NCBI RefSeq assembly: GCF_009834535.1
Contig: NC_045697.1
Coordinates: 68,698,001 to 68,762,000, forward strand
Direction: 5' to 3'
Source of the DNA: Camelus ferus
Lineage: Eukaryota
Length of the DNA stretch: 64,000 nucleotides
The notes beneath the pieces were generated by a model. The model was not told the origin of the DNA. It searched no databases and saw nothing but the letters and a program-made list of their open reading frames with translations. Both the position numbers and the translations under genes were made by a program. This document shows, one piece after another, positions 62,894-64,000 of the stretch (position 1 is the stretch's first letter; each line of letters starts with the position of its first letter).

Positions 62894-64000
62894 ATACATA
62901 TGTACATAAATTCATTGGTTGGCAAATAATAGTTTTATTTCCTTGATGATTTTTAAATCATTATTTTAAATTACTTTTTAGTTAGTTGAGGATCTTTTTT
63001 TATCCATTAGATGAAATACATCAGAGCAGCAAATGTACTGCACTTAGGTTTATAAAATGTTATTTACTTTTTCTCTAAAATTATTTTATACGACAAATTT
63101 TACAAATGGAAATGTTCATTTTCTCTCAAATTACAAAATTAAGATTTTATTATGTTTTTTAATTGAAGTCCAGAATAAAGAGAACAAATGAAAGTATATG
63201 CACGGAATCTTAAGATTCTCAGCCTTTCCTTCCAGCTGCCTGTGTGGAGTGGAAGAGGGATTTGGAAATTGGTCTGCTTCTTAAAAAATCAGTAGTCATA
63301 TAAGGTCAGAATTAAAAAGGGATCTTCTGACTATATTATAACATGTATATCACATGCAAAGAAAAAAACTGGTATATACTCTGAAATTGTTTCGTACTAA
63401 ACCACTATCTTTTTAATTATACACTTGTATTTTTTATCTCCCAATTCAATTGTAAACAACTTAGAGACTAATCTACTTATGTATTCTTCACAGTATACAG
63501 CTCAATTCTTTGCATGCTAGATAGTCAATGAAAGAATAAAATTAGAGAGCAGAGTAAAGAGCTGAATTAGGTAATGTTCCAGGATACTTCAAGTCCCAAA
63601 TTTTATAACCTAAAGTCAATTTTCATATAATATGTACATAAATATTAAGTTATTCCATTTAGCAATCTACTACTTCTGGGTTTAACCTTTATTCAAGTAT
63701 TAGGATATAACATGAGCAAATGAAGTTCATTTAAAACTCAAATGAAGAAAATCTTTAATAAATTTTTTTAAATTAGTTCAGCCAAATTATATTAAAAATT
63801 TGAAAATCTGCTTGCTTATCTGCTACTTGTATCAAGTTATTAAGTAGACTATATAAAATGTAATTGGAATTATAAATATTCACATCAAAGATCTTAAATA
63901 TAATTAAGTTCAATTAGGGCATATTAAGAAAATAAATATACAAACAGAAAAGTGCTAGATCTCTAATAAAATAAAACAATTCAGAATTTTTTGAAATGAC

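Noticed and set aside
1..64000. CRISPR arrays, operons, rRNA genes or a prokaryote-style defence system
   Set aside because: The sequence is mammalian and repeat-rich, with no repeat-spacer array or long ORFs

Overview
AT-rich mammalian genomic DNA, most likely from a camelid: it has a Vic-1-type tRNA-Ala-derived SINE and artiodactyl-type L1 3' ends, and I saw no Alu or BovB. A large part is interspersed repeats: L1 of several ages, L2, L3/CR1, MIR, MaLR/ERVL/ERV1 LTRs and hAT DNA transposons. The main feature is a complete but decayed 6.4 kb class I endogenous retrovirus on the minus strand (9643-16046). It has two LTRs, a matching CTTT target-site duplication (TSD), a PBS, a PPT and gag-pro-pol remnants, but no env; its integrase is internally deleted and carries an L1 insertion. 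I recognised no intact protein-coding gene. L1 orientation bias and several minus-strand exon-like segments suggest the window is intronic to a large minus-strand gene that I could not identify. There is a 100-N assembly gap at 40172-40271. I found no convincing novel multi-gene system. The best leads are the provirus, a roughly 80 bp TSD around an L1, the candidate exons, a monomer-like L1 5' UTR and a TGACA motif cluster. Repeat subfamily names are from memory of consensus sequences and need RepeatMasker/Dfam confirmation.
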